From: Haloquadratum walsbyi C23
Lineage (GTDB): Archaea; Halobacteriota; Halobacteria; Halobacteriales; Haloferacaceae
Assembly (NCBI RefSeq): GCF_000237865.1
Contig: NC_017459.1
Coordinates: 2,130,001 to 2,162,000, forward strand
Length of the DNA: 32,000 nt
Direction of reading: 5' to 3'
The position numbers were made by a program, and so were the translations under genes. Of the stretch, positions 18,516 to 27,598 are shown in pieces. The stretch's first letter is position 1. Each line of letters begins with the position of its first letter. The notes under the pieces were generated by a model, which was not told the DNA's origin, made no database searches, and worked only from the letters and a program-made list of their open reading frames with translations.

Positions 18516-18808
18516 ACTATTGTTCGGTTGACCTGGGTAAAAGAGGTTGTCTTTGCACATAGCGTTGACAGTATTCTGCATGAACTACCCGAGTTCAAGT
18601 CTTTGTGGCTTTCTTAATCGTAGAAGTGTCCGAGCGCGACACGAGCAAGACTGTTGCATATGCGGGAAAGAGGACGATAGTCAGCGTGTTGAGCGTGGTC
18701 TGTATGTGAAGACCACGATGATGCGTTTAACGCTGACGTGAATGTGGTAGAGAACATCCGTCTCGAAATCAACGAAAGTAATTCCGAGTCAGCGCCTAGT
18801 TTGACCGA

Positions 18809-18956
18809 TCATAGGAATACCGGCTGGTTGGCACAGCCCGAAGTCTATCTTTATGACCTGTCCAACAGATCCCAACTGCAGGCACAAGTGATAGACTGCA
18901 AACCCTACTATCCCAATCTTAGGATCCCTCCGCCTGAAGACGGAGGAGCATGTCAA
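18809..18956 (+). mobile_element. MITE-E: 148-nt minimal derivative (left end fused to right end)
   Basis: tcataggaataccggctggttggcacagcccg...gacctgtccaacagatcccaac is homologous to the left part of B. actgcaaaccctactatcccaatcttaggatcCCTCCGcctgaagaCGGAGGagcatgtcaa is homologous to the right ends of A and B. It ends at 18956. Confidence 0.6.
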
Positions 18957-19076
18957 TTAGGATGTCGAGTCAAATCCTCTCTCGTCGAGAACTCATGAGT
19001 GATCGAATTAACAAATCATTCACGACGTGGTTTCATCGATGCAAACGAAAAAACTCCAATAACACGAATGGGTCGA

Positions 19077-20003
19077 TTAACTAGCTGACGGGGAGATATC
19101 GATATTTAGACTCTTACGGATAATTTGAGTGAAGCCCATTGAGCATAAGAAGTACCAGACAATCCACGCCTGAATCGGACCAAGCACAGAGTCGGTCCAT
19201 GCAACTTCACCGACTAGTGGAAGGACGAGAGTACTAAGTGAAACCTGTGCTTCTGCGTTCGCGCCAACGCCAATTGACCAGTACATCCAGAGGAAGACAG
19301 GGATAGTTAGAAACATGATCCAGACCATCGGGCGGAACTGTTCTTTAAACATTCCAAGTTGATCGCCCATTGCATCCATCTGTTCGTCTTGGATTGCATC
19401 AAGCGCATCGTCATCTCCCTCTTCTTTGGCTTCTTTTCGTCGCTCTTGAATCTCTTTCATACGTGATTGATATGCAGACATCTTTTCCATGTTCATCAGA
19501 TTTGCCTGGAGTAATGTTGAGTAAAGCCCTGTAGCGAGTGCAAGGATCATCACGACGGCATAAAACGGCAGAAGCTCTTCTAATGGACCAAGTGGTACAT
19601 CCATTACAGTACCAATTAAATCACGAAGTGGCTTCCATGAGTATCCAACAAATAACCCGATTGTGAGAACGCCAGCACCCTTATCATATATCGACCATGA
19701 AGACTCATCATCATCAACCTCGGTCTCAAGTGCAACATTCGAATCAGTACTGGTATCACTGGAGTCATCCGTTTCAAGCCCTGACTCTGTTGCCGCTCGG
19801 TCAGCAAGCTGAAATCCTTCTTCACCTTCGACAAGGACACCAGTTTCAATAAGTCGACCCCATCGTCCTGATGAAAGTTCATCCTTGACATCAAGCCATT
19901 TTACATCACCGTCATCGGCTCGGTCAAGAACAATCTCAACTGCTGCACGCATCCCATCATCACCAGCAACAAGATCGCGTACTTTCGATTCGATTCGTGG
20001 CAT
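19077..20003 (-). CDS. DUF106 / EMC3-TMCO1-like (Oxa1-superfamily) membrane protein with an N-terminal soluble extension
   Basis: TM segments flank a charged coiled-coil, MEKMSAYQSRMKEIQERRKEAKEEGDDDAL...MFKEQFRP. It holds the conserved archaeal position between adk and cmk. Confidence 0.8.
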   Translation of the reverse strand: MPRIESKVRDLVAGDDGMRAAVEIVLDRADDGDVKWLDVKDELSSGRWGRLIETGVLVEGEEGFQLADRAATESGLETDDSSDTSTDSNVALETEVDDDESSWSIYDKGAGVLTIGLFVGYSWKPLRDLIGTVMDVPLGPLEELLPFYAVVMILALATGLYSTLLQANLMNMEKMSAYQSRMKEIQERRKEAKEEGDDDALDAIQDEQMDAMGDQLGMFKEQFRPMVWIMFLTIPVFLWMYWSIGVGANAEAQVSLSTLVLPLVGEVAWTDSVLGPIQAWIVWYFLCSMGFTQIIRKSLNIDISPSAS

Positions 20004-20213
20004 TTATCGAGTGTAATGAGTCGGCAGTAATGAAACTTGTAGTCTTAGCTGTGAATGAGGGCACTAGTTGCCTCCCCCTTCCTCAGCAAGCGTCAGATAT
20101 AACCCCCGACACGGAAACAGGGAATCCAACCCTCAACAAGCGAAGCGTGAGAATCCCCGATCGCAGTTAGATTGGTAGTGCACTTCCTCGATTCCATACT
20201 ATATCATATAGAT

Positions 20214-20828
20214 TCGAGGAGAATACCTGCGGCTCTAGCCCTCCACAGAAATCTGCGAGTTCTGGTGTGCAAACGAGACCATAGTAGTCCACAGAAGAAG
20301 TGGGTGCTTAATTAGACATGCATCAGTCAGAATAGATCTCTCACATCGAATTAGTGAGTCAGTTCACCCAGAAGTTTGTTGAATCACTACGGTCTCGGTA
20401 ACCCAGGATGAATCCGACAACACGGACCCAGTCCACGTTTCGATGCCTGTCCGAGATTTCCAATCTATAGCTTCAACTGATTGGCAGTTCAATTCAAAAA
20501 TAGAAATCGGGCGAGAGTAATCGAAACTAGCTAATGACCGCCTGATTCTTACAGAATTGGCGTAGAATTGATTATTGCATGCATCAGAGAAGAAGCCCTG
20601 AGTCTGTCGAAGCCTGCAGAACTCCTCGAGGGACAAGCAACTCTGGAAGTCCAGACATGACAAAAAATAGCAGTGCTAGGCGCTTAACACTCCCAGCAGT
20701 CCCAGTTCTACCCGTCACAGCCTGTGAACCCAACACGGAGTCTCACCGTGTCAGGCTTCGGTGGGACTGCAAACCTGAAATCACCAACACTTAGGATTCT
20801 TTCGCGTTCACGCGGAGGAGAGTATCAG
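20214..20828 (+). mobile_element. MITE-B: 615-nt protein-less IS1341-type derivative, inserted between adk and the DUF106 gene, antisense to the operon
   Basis: The left end tcgaggagaatacctgcgg is followed, after about 170 nt with no counterpart in copy A, by ...ccaggatgaatccgacaacacgg (as in A). The right end is actgcaaacctgaaatcaccaacacttaggattctttCGCGttcaCGCGgaggagagtatcag. The interior is AT-rich and differs from A and C. Confidence 0.7.
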
Positions 20829-21463
20829 GAATTAATCACGTCGACAATCGAGTCAAAAACATCACCAGGTGTGGTTTCACCATTAACCGTAACTAGTTTG
20901 TCTCTGTCTCGATAGTGCTCAACTACTGGTTCCGTATTTTCTTCATACACGCGGAGTCGATCACGAACCGTCTCCTCTGTATCGTCATCACGCTGGGTAA
21001 GCGTTGCCCCGCACTCATCACAGACACCTGTCTCAGCAGGTGGTTCGAATTCAATATGATAGCTTGCCCCACATTCTGGGCACACACGCCGTCCGGTGAG
21101 GCGGTCAACAAGTTCCTCTTCACTGACCGAGAGTAAGATTGCAACATCAAGTTCGGTAATTGATGAGAGGACCTCAGCTTGCTCAATATTTCGAGGGTAT
21201 CCATCAAGAACATAACCGTCAGCACTTGAGAGGGCTTCTTCAACAATTTTATTCACAACTGCATCAGGAACAAGTTCGCCCGCATCCATGTATGCACCTG
21301 GAGTATCATACTCGGTATCCATCTCAGAGATATCCATCTGCTTGTTTCCTCTCAATGCGTCGCCAGTAGTGACGTGTTCGAGACCAAACTCTTCGGCAAG
21401 CCGCTTCGATTGTGTTCCCTTTCCGGCACCCGGCGGACCGAGAAGTAAGATATGTTTCTCCAT
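20825..21463 (-). CDS. adk: Adenylate kinase (long form with zinc-binding LID)
   Basis: [20 protein letters not shown]-loop; LID with CPECG...CDECG. The start is taken at the internal Met (21463); the upstream part of the track ORF is not Adk-like. Confidence 0.93.
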   Translation of the reverse strand: MEKHILLLGPPGAGKGTQSKRLAEEFGLEHVTTGDALRGNKQMDISEMDTEYDTPGAYMDAGELVPDAVVNKIVEEALSSADGYVLDGYPRNIEQAEVLSSITELDVAILLSVSEEELVDRLTGRRVCPECGASYHIEFEPPAETGVCDECGATLTQRDDDTEETVRDRLRVYEENTEPVVEHYRDRDKLVTVNGETTPGDVFDSIVDVINS

Positions 21464-21643
21464 ACTGGATATCTGTCTCTCCCCGTATAACATTGAAGAT
21501 ATATCGCTAGTGTGTGAATGAATGCACACAAAACTGTTGTTGAGTGGACTATCTCTTATATAGGTGAAGTGATAATTATAGGACACATCATATTTCGAGG
21601 AGAGTGACTGTGTTTACAATGATGCACTTCACAATACGGTCAT

Positions 21644-22042
21644 ATGACACGATTTGATGCAAAGACGCCTAAAGAACGCAGGACGCTCTTTGCTGAGGCG
21701 ATTACAGCACATCGTGAGCGAGCAAGCGCGTTTATGACTCTTGAAGCTGACTCTCGTCCAGATAATAAAGATGAAGGAGTGCCTGCACCGTGGGTTCAGT
21801 TTGCTGAAAATATGTTTAATCTCGATGTGACGGAGTCTGAACTTGAGCGGGTTCATACACTCGTAGGTGAGTTTCCTGAATTTCGCGTTGAACAATTGGA
21901 ATCCCCTGAAGACACTGAAGCCACGAATGTGCGGATTACTGCCCGCTCCGATGCAAATCGTCTTGCAGCGTTTGCCGATCGAATATTTATTGACGTGTAC
22001 AATTGTCCAAATGAGTATCAAGCATGGGCAACCGCGGTGTAG
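21644..22042 (+). CDS. Hypothetical protein (acidic, haloarchaeal composition)
   Basis: 132-aa ORF with an ATG start and coding-like acidic composition. I recognise no motif. The antisense 146-aa ORF is Cys/Arg/Ile-rich and implausible. Confidence 0.6.
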   Translation: MTRFDAKTPKERRTLFAEAITAHRERASAFMTLEADSRPDNKDEGVPAPWVQFAENMFNLDVTESELERVHTLVGEFPEFRVEQLESPEDTEATNVRITARSDANRLAAFADRIFIDVYNCPNEYQAWATAV

Positions 22043-22271
22043 CCAAAATATGGACAACGTTGGGGTCAAATATAATTCTCAAGATTAATCTTATATTGTA
22101 GTATGCTAATTCAGCTGATAGATAATTGAATATAATATATACAGACCTGGTCAGCTGAGATAGTATCTGTATGATCGTTCATACCGCCGCACGCGCAATT
22201 TCTTCGGGTCACATAGCCCCGGTATGTGCCCTTCTCAACCTATATATTGATTCACAATCCCTTACACACAT

Positions 22272-23222
22272 ATGCATATAGACGCGCAGATCGACGTCGG
22301 AGTCGGTCCTAGTGATATTGGGTTAAACAATCATAATGCTCGGGTCACATCAAAATTGGTTGATGTAGGTGATGTAACTCTGCATTGCGTTCTTGCTGGA
22401 CCATCGGATGGCGATGTCGTTTTACTTTTACACGGATTTCCTGAGTTTTGGTATGAATGGCATGAGTATATTCTTCCATTGGCGGCTGCGGGATATCGCG
22501 TTGTCGTTCCTGATCAGCGTGGATATCATCGTAGTGAGCGTCCCGATGCAATTTCAGCATATCATCTCGACGCGCTGGCGACAGATATCTGTGGGATACT
22601 TGATGCAATAGGCGCAAAAAAAACACATATTGTCGGACATGACTGGGGTGCATTTGTTGCATGGTGGGTGGCTCTTCATCACCCAACGCGTCTTCGGACG
22701 CTTTCAGTAATTAATGTCCCACATCCGACGGCATTCAGACAAACTCTTTGGCGAAATCCAAAACAGGTACTTCGGAGTTGGTATGTTGGATTTTTCCAAC
22801 TCCCTCGAGTGCCGGAAGCACTTGCACAGGTTGGTAACTGGGCGAGCGTCACGGCAATGATGCAACGGTCAAGCCGGGATGGAACATTTGATTCGACTGA
22901 TTTTGAGCGGTATCGAACTGCGTGGGGGATTGATGGTGCATATGAGGCGATGATTAATTGGTATCGAGCGGTTGTTCGATCAAACCCACAGCCGGTACAG
23001 ACACAGATAAGCACACCAACAATGCTGCTGTGGGGTGCACAGGATACATTTCTAACCCGCTCACTCGCAGAAAAAAGCGCGCAATACTGCACAAATAGTG
23101 AGGTTGTTATGTTTGAACAAGCGACGCACTGGATCACACATGAAGAGCAAACCCAGGTTCAAAACCGACTCCTCGATCACTTCAATAGTGCTCACAAAAT
23201 TACACATCAAAAACGGCACTAA
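22272..23222 (+). CDS. Alpha/beta-fold hydrolase, epoxide hydrolase / haloalkane dehalogenase-like subgroup
   Basis: LLLHGFPEFWYEW (HGxP oxyanion motif), PDQRGYHRSERP, nucleophile elbow VGHDWGAFVAWW (Asp nucleophile), and a C-terminal catalytic His region ATHWITHEE. Confidence 0.88.
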   Translation: MHIDAQIDVGVGPSDIGLNNHNARVTSKLVDVGDVTLHCVLAGPSDGDVVLLLHGFPEFWYEWHEYILPLAAAGYRVVVPDQRGYHRSERPDAISAYHLDALATDICGILDAIGAKKTHIVGHDWGAFVAWWVALHHPTRLRTLSVINVPHPTAFRQTLWRNPKQVLRSWYVGFFQLPRVPEALAQVGNWASVTAMMQRSSRDGTFDSTDFERYRTAWGIDGAYEAMINWYRAVVRSNPQPVQTQISTPTMLLWGAQDTFLTRSLAEKSAQYCTNSEVVMFEQATHWITHEEQTQVQNRLLDHFNSAHKITHQKRH

Positions 23223-23338
23223 TATGAATCATTTCAAAGCCAACTGGCTCGAATCGCTGTGTCTCTGTGAATCATCACCAGATTGCATAAGCAACGGTCG
23301 TTTTGAAATCTTACGGAAAGTCATATAGAGCCATCATG

Positions 23339-24810
23339 TGACATCCTCGCCCGTCTCTCGGACGGGAGTTTCTCACTCAGTAACGTGTCTTGGTGGACCT
23401 ACCACTGACCCCCGCTCTGTGGCGAGTCATCGCCTGCCGATTTCCAAGGCAGGCTCTCCCCACGGATTGAGCCGGTTGGCTCTGTTCGCTGCTGCGTTCA
23501 AATCCGCTTGGTACTCCGACACCCAACACGAATCGTTCGTACAGTTGAACGTACCCCGATGCGGTCGATACCCAATGTTAACACGCATGGCACATCTTCG
23601 GAGTATGGTGCGGATGCACGTACACATACACGTATTCCACAGCAATCCCGTGTTCCGCTACCTTCTCTTCAATTCGTGACTGCAAGCGGGAGAACAGCCA
23701 CTTGCCGAGACGCCGATTCGAGTACTTTCCAATGTCCTCGTCGGTGATACTGTCGAGATATTCGAGGATGATAACCGAGTTCTCGAACTGGGAGGCGTAT
23801 TCGACGGTGCGATGTGAGGCTTTCTCGATTTCGTCTTCGATAGTGTCTTGTTATCGACCCACACGAGATCGGTCAAGAGGTTCGACGCATATCGTGGTCT
23901 CAATCGGTCTTCAGCACTGGCTTGTTTCTGTCGGAGGTGTCGGACGCGACCACCATCCACGAACAACGGGTCAACGGGTGTCTCGTCTCGGAGGGCACAG
24001 CCCACCAATAGTTTCGACTCATAGTCATTAGTGCAAGTCTCTACCGCCGTGATTGTCCGTGTCGGTGATGGGAACCGCTGAATCCGCGTCATTCGACACC
24101 GTCAGTGAAACTATTCAAATTAATCACTATCACCCACGTCGAACCCACGGATGTCACATCGTCATTTGTAGTCGAATATGAGCAATTTGCTTCCACTCTG
24201 TAGTTCGCGATGATATGCAACATCCAGCGACTTCCGTCGCGTTGGAGACGGATCTTACCTGCACATACGCTATCATCTTCCTCGTCTCTGGGGGCGTGCC
24301 ACCAGTCCTCCTGTTCGGGGTTCAACTGGAGAGATGTCTAGAAGTTGGTTACCTGACCGGAAAGTGGGACTTCCCAGCAGATTTCGTGGTGACGATCTTC
24401 GTCATCATCAAAGACACCTGCGGTGTTCACGTAGCGGATAGGGTGGTCGTCTGCGAGTTGCTTCTCGTTGGAGAAGTTTCGCCGCTTGTGTTGAGTGGGT
24501 GGGGGGCAAAGATACGCTTCGAGCGTCTTGCACCCCTCACTCATTCTTCAATAGTGTCGAGTCCTTATTCGACGAGTTCGGCGTATGCGAAGTCCATTCG
24601 CAGACCGTTCTCACGGGAGTACTCTTTCACTCGTTCATGGAGGTCGCTTCCACGTTCGATGGGGATGTCAACTCGCATCTGTTTTCAGTACGTTTTCTCG
24701 TATCTTAGGGTTCATGTCACGGAGGGGGATTCAGAGAGCCGTCACACGTGGTTAGGGTACTCCAGTGACACGATTCACGCCCGCGGTAAGCGGCGGGGTT
24801 CTCTCACTGA
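23339..24810 (-). mobile_element. Full-length but degraded IS1341-type element (tnpB only)
   Basis: Minus-strand left end: tcagtgagagaaccCCGCCGcttacCGCGGGcgtgaatcgtgtcactgg. Right end: CCCGTCcgagagaGACGGGcgaggatgtcac. The architecture matches the MITE ends. The length of about 1.47 kb fits a tnpB-only IS. Confidence 0.75.
23427..24678 (-). pseudogene. tnpB: tnpB (RNA-guided endonuclease TnpB / IS605 OrfB) pseudogene, split over at least 5 frames
   Basis: Fragments in order: GKIRLQRDGSRWMLHIIANYRVE, then VEYASQFENSVIILEYLDSI...NRRLGKWLFSRLQSRIEEKVAEHGIAVEYVYV..HPHHTPKMCHAC (RuvC-II Glu and first zinc-finger pair), then FNCTNDSCWVSEYQADLNAAANRANR (second pair and RuvC-III Asp). Stops and frameshifts separate the fragments. 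Confidence 0.8.
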
Positions 24811-24832
24811 TTAAAGATAGTCTCAAATATAC

Positions 24833-25378
24833 TTGACATCCTCCTCCGCGTGAACGCGGAGGAATCCCGAGCGGTGGGAGTTTCAGGTTCAACACTCCCA
24901 CTCCCACCGAACAACCAGCCAGTGCGAATCTGAAGGGTTGTTCGCGGTCTGAGGCGGGTGCGGGGGCGGGTGGGACTGCTGGCGGTGCCAAGCCGCCGGT
25001 GCTCCTACTCCTATTCTCGACCATATACGGCGTCCAAGCGCAAGCGTTATTTTTGCCGCAGGGACGCCGGCAGGCGTTAGCAAACTCGGAGTTACTTTCT
25101 GTGGTGTTTTCAAACAGTCGGGCACAGCCTCGGTTCATTAGAGGAACCGACCGTTCACCAGACTGGTTCCGATGATTGTCTGATTGCTTGGGGCGGACAG
25201 GCCGCCATCGTCGGACTGGCGGGAATCGCTCTGTTTCCAACCAATTCCTGTTTTATTGCGTGATTGTCTGTGATTTAAACGTGTGTATTTTGAAGTTTGA
25301 ATCGAGCGACGACAGTCGGATTTTGGAGGGCGTGACGGCGCGTATCCACGGTCTGAAGATCGTGGTATTGCGCCTGCT
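24833..25378 (-). mobile_element. MITE-C: protein-less IS1341-type derivative, head-to-tail with the tnpB element
   Basis: The minus-strand right end gggattcCTCCGCGttcaCGCGGAGGaggatgtcaa(g) ends at 24833. A 144-nt core (25088-25231) matches copy A at 132/144 positions. The left end (aggcgcaataccACGatcttcagacCGTGgata, near 25375) is more diverged, so that boundary is uncertain. Confidence 0.65.
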
Positions 25379-25405
25379 CAGCATATAAACGACTAGTGTG
25401 AAGCA

Positions 25406-26146
25406 TCACCATTCAATTACTGCACGATCACGCCAGAAATGACCGCGTGGTGACTCAGGGCGAAAGCGACAGAGCCAGGTCGGAGTTTCAGCTCCGGTCT
25501 TGATACTTCTATCAGCCTCAGGACCACCCATATCTGTTCGAACCCATCCTGGACATACCGAATTCGCAATGAGACCATCTGACCCATATTCACCATCAAG
25601 ATATGCAGTCAGTCCGTTGAGACCACTTTTTGACACACGATAGGCTGGATTACCGCCAGATTGCTCTCGTGAGAGCATTCCAAGAGCAGAGCCAACATTA
25701 ACAATACGACCACCATCATTTTGCAGCAATAGTGGGACAGTGTGTTTACACACAAGCATCGGACCGCGGAGATTCGTTGAAAGAGTTCTATTAATATCGT
25801 CAATAGACTCAGAGACAATATCACCATCACCACCGCCGATACCGGCATTATTCACGACGATATCAAGTCGTCCAGCAATGCTGAATATCTCATCCGCAGC
25901 ATCCGCGATTTCGCCAGATTGAGTAACATCGACAAGAAGGTGCTCCCACGAATCTGGAATGTCATGCGTCATTGATCGCGTTGCCGCAAAAACAGTCGCA
26001 CCGAGTTCATCGAGATTCTCAGCAATCTGACGACCAAGACCACGATTAGCGCCAGTGACAACTGCGACTTGTCCATCAAGGGACTCATATAGCGATGGCT
26101 CAGAAAGAGCCGTAGAATCAGTATTATCCATGGGGGTTGAGGGCAT
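25406..26146 (-). CDS. Short-chain dehydrogenase/reductase (classical SDR, carbonyl-reductase-like)
   Basis: VAVVTGANRGLG (TGxxxGxG), NNAG, catalytic YRVSK (YxxxK). Confidence 0.9.
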   Translation of the reverse strand: MPSTPMDNTDSTALSEPSLYESLDGQVAVVTGANRGLGRQIAENLDELGATVFAATRSMTHDIPDSWEHLLVDVTQSGEIADAADEIFSIAGRLDIVVNNAGIGGGDGDIVSESIDDINRTLSTNLRGPMLVCKHTVPLLLQNDGGRIVNVGSALGMLSREQSGGNPAYRVSKSGLNGLTAYLDGEYGSDGLIANSVCPGWVRTDMGGPEADRSIKTGAETPTWLCRFRPESPRGHFWRDRAVIEW

Positions 26147-26295
26147 TATTATAATGAGGGATCGATTCGATAAGGACGTTCTGTTTCATGCTATTGTCAA
26201 TATTCATTTTAACGATTTTTTCTCAATCGAACTCGCTGTCACCTCATCGTCAGTCGGAGCATTTCAGTACACCAGAGTTAATTATAGCATCGTAG

Positions 26296-26880
26296 TTACT
26301 CAAAATCACGTCGCATCGCAATTTCAAACCACGGGCATAATCGGAGTTGTCGATACCACTCGGGATGTTGATGGAGATGTTCATACTCAACCCACAGAAG
26401 ACCAGCAATCTCAGATTCATCAGGATCAAGTGTCATATCATTAAGTGTGACCTGTAGGACAGCACAAACTTCCCATTCGATACCGGCATTTTCGTAGTAA
26501 CGCTTATATTCAAACTGATCAGTAACGCGGAGAGTGTCGTACTGATCAGGTGTAATGCCGAGTTCATCATCAAGACGCTGACGTGTCGCTTCACGTTGTG
26601 TCTGCTCTTCAGTTGGATGTGATGCAACAGTGCCGTCCCAGTGTGTATCCCAGAGGCGTTTTGTGGGTGCGCGCTGAGCGAGAAGAAGGTGATCATTAGA
26701 ATCAAACACAAGACATGTGAATGCTCGATGACGGACTCCATCGCCAGTATGTGCATCTAATCGATTGACAAGTCCTTGCTTGGTATTATCGCTCGAAACG
26801 GCAATCACATCTTCGCTTGCGTTATCGTGCGGTTGTGCAGGTTGGTCAGTATTTGAGTCGCTGTTGTGGTCTGTGCTCAT
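26296..26880 (-). CDS. idi: Isopentenyl-diphosphate delta-isomerase, type 1 (Nudix fold)
   Basis: HRAFTCLVFDSNDHLLLAQRAPTKRLWDTHWDGTVASHP plus ..YENAGIEWEVCAVL matches the IDI-1 pattern (Cys and Glu catalytic regions). It has an acidic N-terminal extension. Confidence 0.88.
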   Translation of the reverse strand: MSTDHNSDSNTDQPAQPHDNASEDVIAVSSDNTKQGLVNRLDAHTGDGVRHRAFTCLVFDSNDHLLLAQRAPTKRLWDTHWDGTVASHPTEEQTQREATRQRLDDELGITPDQYDTLRVTDQFEYKRYYENAGIEWEVCAVLQVTLNDMTLDPDESEIAGLLWVEYEHLHQHPEWYRQLRLCPWFEIAMRRDFE

Positions 26881-27141
26881 ATTCGGTTTCTTGATTGGGG
26901 CTAGTAAGGGTTCTTCGGCTTGGGACGGAATAATCGGAGGTATATCGCAGGATATGCAGATTGTATGATTCTGACTTTGACTCTATTATCAACTATGACA
27001 CATCTGGTAGATAAGAATCCGGGTGTTCGGACGAGCGTGATGACAACCCTGTCCGTGGTCATAGATCAGAATATATCAGCGTGACAGCCAGAAGCAAGCC
27101 TCACCAGTGCTTAACCACGGAGTATCGTAAAAAGGGGTATC

Positions 27142-27567
27142 TCATGATGATACTCCACCAAGGCGTTCATCAAGGATAAGACGGGTTTTGGTGTTTTTTA
27201 TTTCATCAAGCTCACGTGCACGTGTAATGAGTTGATTAACTGCACGTGTATCTGCTGCATCAACAATAAGAACAACATCTTCCTCACCAGAAACTTGCCA
27301 GACAAAATCAACCTGCTCCCAGGTCGCCATTGTCTCAGAAATGCTAGTTGTGTTAACATTAACTTTCACTGATACTTCTATCATTGCTTTGATATTTCCT
27401 GTTCGCGTCGAGATAGTGAATCGTTCAATAATACCCTCCTCGGTGAGTCTATCGACACGATTACGCACAGTCCCTTCTGAGGTGCCAACTTGTGCTGCAA
27501 TCTCAGTATAGGGTGTTCGTGCGTCTCGACGGAGAATATCAAGAATACGTCGGTCGAGATTGTCCAT
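27142..27567 (-). CDS. lrp: Lrp/AsnC family transcription regulator
   Basis: LDRRILDILRRDARTPYTEIAAQVGTSEGTVRNRVDRLTEEGIIERF (HTH_AsnC) plus a C-terminal RAM-type effector domain. It is divergent from carA. Confidence 0.92.
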   Translation of the reverse strand: MDNLDRRILDILRRDARTPYTEIAAQVGTSEGTVRNRVDRLTEEGIIERFTISTRTGNIKAMIEVSVKVNVNTTSISETMATWEQVDFVWQVSGEEDVVLIVDAADTRAVNQLITRARELDEIKNTKTRLILDERLGGVSS

Positions 27568-27598
27568 ATCAATTACTAACTTTCCGTTGGCTTACCAA

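Noticed and set aside
18738-18998. 86-aa plus-strand ORF between the DUF106 gene and cmk.
   Set aside because: It is largely made of MITE-E sequence, including the terminal hairpin, and has no start context or motifs.
21629-22069. 146-aa ORF antisense to the 132-aa hypothetical gene.
   Set aside because: The composition is Cys/Ile/Arg/Phe-rich and atypical for this proteome. The plus-strand frame is acidic and starts with ATG after a plausible promoter gap.
24565-24678. 37-aa minus-strand ORF MRVDIPIERGSDLHERVKEYSRENGLRMDFAYAELVE, which looks like a ribbon-helix-helix (CopG/antitoxin-like) peptide just inside the IS left end.
   Set aside because: Many haloarchaeal TnpB proteins begin with a similar beta-strand plus helix (..VKLDVP....L...). 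It lies directly upstream of the next tnpB fragment. It is most simply the N-terminus of the frameshifted tnpB rather than a separate RHH gene or toxin-antitoxin module. A BLASTP or HHpred search would settle this.
24215-24814. 199-aa plus-strand ORF.
   Set aside because: It lies antisense to the tnpB pseudogene, whose minus-strand fragments carry clear RuvC and zinc-finger motifs. It has no motifs of its own.
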